This document shows positions 34,376-36,654 of a stretch of 36,654 nt of DNA, one piece after another. Where the stretch lies: the IMG/VR virus record IMGVR_UViG_3300042342_000200, positions 1 to 36,654 of that record; one strand, 5' to 3'. The DNA comes from a virus (taxonomy: Duplodnaviria > Caudoviricetes). A program made the position numbers and the translations under genes. Every line of letters begins with the position of its first letter. The stretch's first letter is position 1. Below the pieces are notes generated by a model. The model was not told where the DNA came from, searched no databases, and saw only the letters and a list, made by a program, of their open reading frames with translations.

Positions 34376-34809
34376 ACCTGACACCCAACTTCACCCTTGA
34401 CGAGTTGACAGCATCCGAGTCAGCCGAGCGCAACGGCTGGGACAACAGCCCCAACGATGCAGAACTTGAGAACCTCAAGCGACTGGCTGACTTTCTGGAG
34501 CAGGTCAAAGTGGTGCTGGGCGGCAAGCCGGTCATGATCAATTCAGCCTTCCGGTCCAAAAAGGTCAACGACTCGGTGGGCAGCAAGGACACCAGCCAGC
34601 ACCGCATTGGGTGCGCTGCTGACATCCGTGTGCCCGGTATGACCCCAGACGAGGTGGTGCGCAAGATCATCGCCAGTGGCATCAGCTACGATCAAGTGAT
34701 CCGCGAGTTCGACCGCTGGACACACATCAGCATCCCCAACAGCGTGGACACCGGCCCCCGCAAGCAGGCGCTGATCATCGACAAGGCTGGAGCGCGTCAG
34801 TTTGCGTAA
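34372..34809 (+). CDS. Endolysin, peptidase M15A family
   Basis: NFTLDEL, INSAFRS, SQH..G.AAD, WTHIS zinc ligands. Confidence 0.9.
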   Translation: MNLTPNFTLDELTASESAERNGWDNSPNDAELENLKRLADFLEQVKVVLGGKPVMINSAFRSKKVNDSVGSKDTSQHRIGCAADIRVPGMTPDEVVRKIIASGISYDQVIREFDRWTHISIPNSVDTGPRKQALIIDKAGARQFA

Positions 34810-35015
34810 AAGTACACGCAGGTCGCCAAGAAGGTCAGCCACACCACGCCGACAATGCCCAGCAGCATCCACTCGGCCAAGTACCTGAGTTGCTGACGCC
34901 AGATGCTTGGCGGCAGCGGGTCAGCGGATTTCATACGCTGCCCAACTCTCGCCACCCGGACTGGGCAGTCCCGGCCTTGATTGCAGTTCCCGTAATCGTC
35001 GCAGCAGTTCGTCAT
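34797..35015 (-). CDS. Small Cys-rich membrane protein (72 aa)
   Basis: CC...CNQGRDCP motif plus C-terminal TM helix. Confidence 0.65.
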   Translation of the reverse strand: MTNCCDDYGNCNQGRDCPVRVARVGQRMKSADPLPPSIWRQQLRYLAEWMLLGIVGVVWLTFLATCVYFYAN

Positions 35016-35151
35016 CTTTAATCCTTTCTTCTGTTGAAAATCGGTGCAAGTTTCCGCACTCGTATCTACGTGTCACCAAGTTGTCTATCTTGCGGGTGCG
35101 TGTCTCTTTCACTGTTGTCCACGATCCACAGTGCGGGCAAGTCATGCTCAT
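34921..35151 (-). CDS. Zinc-ribbon protein (Ogr/Delta- or NrdR-N-like)
   Basis: CPHCG...ETR...RRYEC.N.HRFST. Confidence 0.7.
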   Translation of the reverse strand: MSMTCPHCGSWTTVKETRTRKIDNLVTRRYECGNLHRFSTEERIKDDELLRRLRELQSRPGLPSPGGESWAAYEIR

Positions 35152-35780
35152 AGCCGTTCCTGAATGTCGTAGAACCAGTCGTCACCAGCGGACCACTTGC
35201 GTGACCCATCGACAGTGTAAAAGTCCTTGGCCGCTTGGAAGTCGGGGAACTTGACTTCCGCAGGAATTAGGCTCTGGTCGTACCACAAGCACCTGTTGTT
35301 GGGCTGCGTGGCAAACTGGCCGTTCTCAAGTCGAATGAAATTAAACGACTTGTGCTCCTCGGCCTGCTCCGTAAAGCCCGTGTCAGCGTCCATGCCGTCA
35401 GCGCAAAAGTCCACCGTGAACAGGTAGCGCCCGTGGTGCCACTGCTTATCCTTGCCCAAGAACTTGACGCCCAGGTTGCGCAGACCAATCTTCTCGCACA
35501 CCGTGAAGCGGTAGCCCATGCAGTCCCACAGTTGCAGGGTGTCGATGGGCAGGTCACCATCATGGTCCTCACGCCACACATAAGCGTGTAAGGGCAGCTT
35601 GTCGTACAGAGCGCCGTATGCGGGCAGCAGCGACTCGATGCGGAACACTTGGCCGCGCAGCGCCTTGATGCTGACCCAGATGGCAGGCTCCAACTCGCCG
35701 TGGCCTTTGGTGTGGTTGTACAAGAACTCACGGCGCACAAAGCACTTGAGTGGTGGCAGGGATGCGACGATGTAGCTCAT
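35148..35780 (-). CDS. Conserved-looking hypothetical phage protein (210 aa, aromatic rich)
   Basis: ATGA coupling on both sides; genome-typical codon usage. Confidence 0.8.
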   Translation of the reverse strand: MSYIVASLPPLKCFVRREFLYNHTKGHGELEPAIWVSIKALRGQVFRIESLLPAYGALYDKLPLHAYVWREDHDGDLPIDTLQLWDCMGYRFTVCEKIGLRNLGVKFLGKDKQWHHGRYLFTVDFCADGMDADTGFTEQAEEHKSFNFIRLENGQFATQPNNRCLWYDQSLIPAEVKFPDFQAAKDFYTVDGSRKWSAGDDWFYDIQERL

Positions 35781-35896
35781 TCAGTCTTCCCCTTCAGCAT
35801 GGCCCATGCCGTTTCGTTGCACTTGGCGCATTGGTAACGGTAGTGGTTGCGGTCTGGCACTGGGGTCAGTATCCAGCGGTGTTTACATTGGTTCAT
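35777..35896 (-). CDS. Small putative zinc-binding protein (39 aa, MNQCKHRW...CAKC)
   Basis: Read manually; ATGA overlaps at both ends. Confidence 0.6.
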   Translation of the reverse strand: MNQCKHRWILTPVPDRNHYRYQCAKCNETAWAMLKGKTE

Positions 35897-36111
35897 GGTT
35901 TCATTCCTTTCAGCATCTCTGCCCTGCAATCGTTCCAGCCTTGGATGTATTGGGGATGCTCACCCTCTCGCGTGCCAAAAGCATCAGGGACGGCTGGCTG
36001 TGCAGCCTGTGCTTCTCGCAGGGCGTCTTTTGCATTCTCAAATCCCCCAGCGCCGTATCGTGTTGCAGCTTCCAAGGCCTCCAATACGAGGCGTAATGCT
36101 TCGTCTTTCAT
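35893..36111 (-). CDS. Hypothetical protein (72 aa, GWNDCRAEML motif)
   Basis: GAGGAG RBS; ATGA coupling. Confidence 0.7.
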   Translation of the reverse strand: MKDEALRLVLEALEAATRYGAGGFENAKDALREAQAAQPAVPDAFGTREGEHPQYIQGWNDCRAEMLKGMKP

Positions 36112-36317
36112 GCCTGCTCCTCAGTGGCCTTGTGCAAATAGGCCGTCAGGCGCTTGATCTGCGCCTCACGGTACTTGCACATGCTGTCAGCGTATTCACG
36201 CGCTGTCTGGGCCTCCAGCAGCCTGCGCTTGCTGTCCTCCAGTTCACGCAGCGCCAGCGATTCAGCAGTCGGTGTGGCGTAGGCGCTTTTCACCCACTCA
36301 ATGGTTTGACGGATCAT
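36108..36317 (-). CDS. Hypothetical helical protein (69 aa)
   Basis: ORF track; operon packing. Confidence 0.7.
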   Translation of the reverse strand: MIRQTIEWVKSAYATPTAESLALRELEDSKRRLLEAQTAREYADSMCKYREAQIKRLTAYLHKATEEQA

Positions 36318-36477
36318 TATTTGCTCTTTCGATTACTAAGTGCCGGTAGGCACGGAGGGCTGTCTTCAAGTCCTCTTGCAGACTCTCGATCAGCTCGTCT
36401 TGCTCAGACAACCGCTCGGCGGCGTCTTGGGCAAACTTGGCCAGGTTGTGCGCTTCCCACGCCTCAAACCTGTTCAT
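36298..36477 (-). CDS. Hypothetical coiled-coil protein (59 aa, MNRFEAWEAHNLAKFAQDA...); partial copy at 1-143
   Basis: Read manually; ATGA coupling with the upstream gene; links the two ends into one operon. Confidence 0.7.
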   Translation of the reverse strand: MNRFEAWEAHNLAKFAQDAAERLSEQDELIESLQEDLKTALRAYRHLVIERANNDPSNH

Positions 36478-36654
36478 GATTTGGTGGCCAGCGCCATCAG
36501 CTCGGCCCTCTCTCTGGCCACACGCAGCGTGTTGTAACGCTGGTGCAGGCGCTCGATCACCTTGACGCGGCGAGCGCCCTTCATCTCAGCGTCCAGCAGT
36601 GCTTTCACGTCGGTCTCTGGCAGCGAGGCCAGCACATCATTAAGACTTCGCCAT
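36335..36654. repeat. Imperfect terminal direct repeat, right copy
   Basis: Matches 1-320 with 14 substitutions. Confidence 0.95.

Noticed and set aside
1-36654. Integrase, repressor, tRNA or host flanks (prophage)
   Set aside because: No recombinase or cI-like motifs, cloverleaf or bacterial genes seen; ends are redundant, consistent with a free circularised genome

Overview
The window is an essentially complete ~36.3 kb tailed-phage genome, with a P22-like podovirus virion module and a DNA polymerase A replication module. Bases 1-320 recur imperfectly at 36335-36654, so the molecule circularises. A leftward operon encodes VRR-NUC, a short Dcm-like protein and an SNF2 helicase, then small ORFs that continue across the junction. 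A rightward replication operon encodes a DUF2800/Cas4-like exonuclease, a putative SSB, a PP-loop/PAPS-reductase-family protein, PolA and a primase-helicase. Next come a leftward cluster of small early ORFs and a ~0.55 kb non-coding iteron-like region. The late operon runs terminase, small basic proteins, GroES, portal, ferritin-like protein, three receptor-binding proteins, scaffold, coat, gp4/gp10/needle-like tail proteins, three ejection proteins, and lysis genes with an M15 peptidase. I found no integrase, repressor, tRNA or CRISPR array. The most notable unexplained signals are: (1) a structured RNA with a loop-E-like motif between the SSB and PP-loop genes, which are in frame across one stop codon; (2) a possible DNA-modification set (PP-loop Fe-S enzyme, TRD-less Dcm-like protein, PolA with an altered motif B); (3) a twice-occurring covarying 24-nt hairpin, one copy before the scaffold gene; (4) the DnaA-box-like inverted iteron array. 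All assignments come from reading motifs and gene order by eye; no searches were run.
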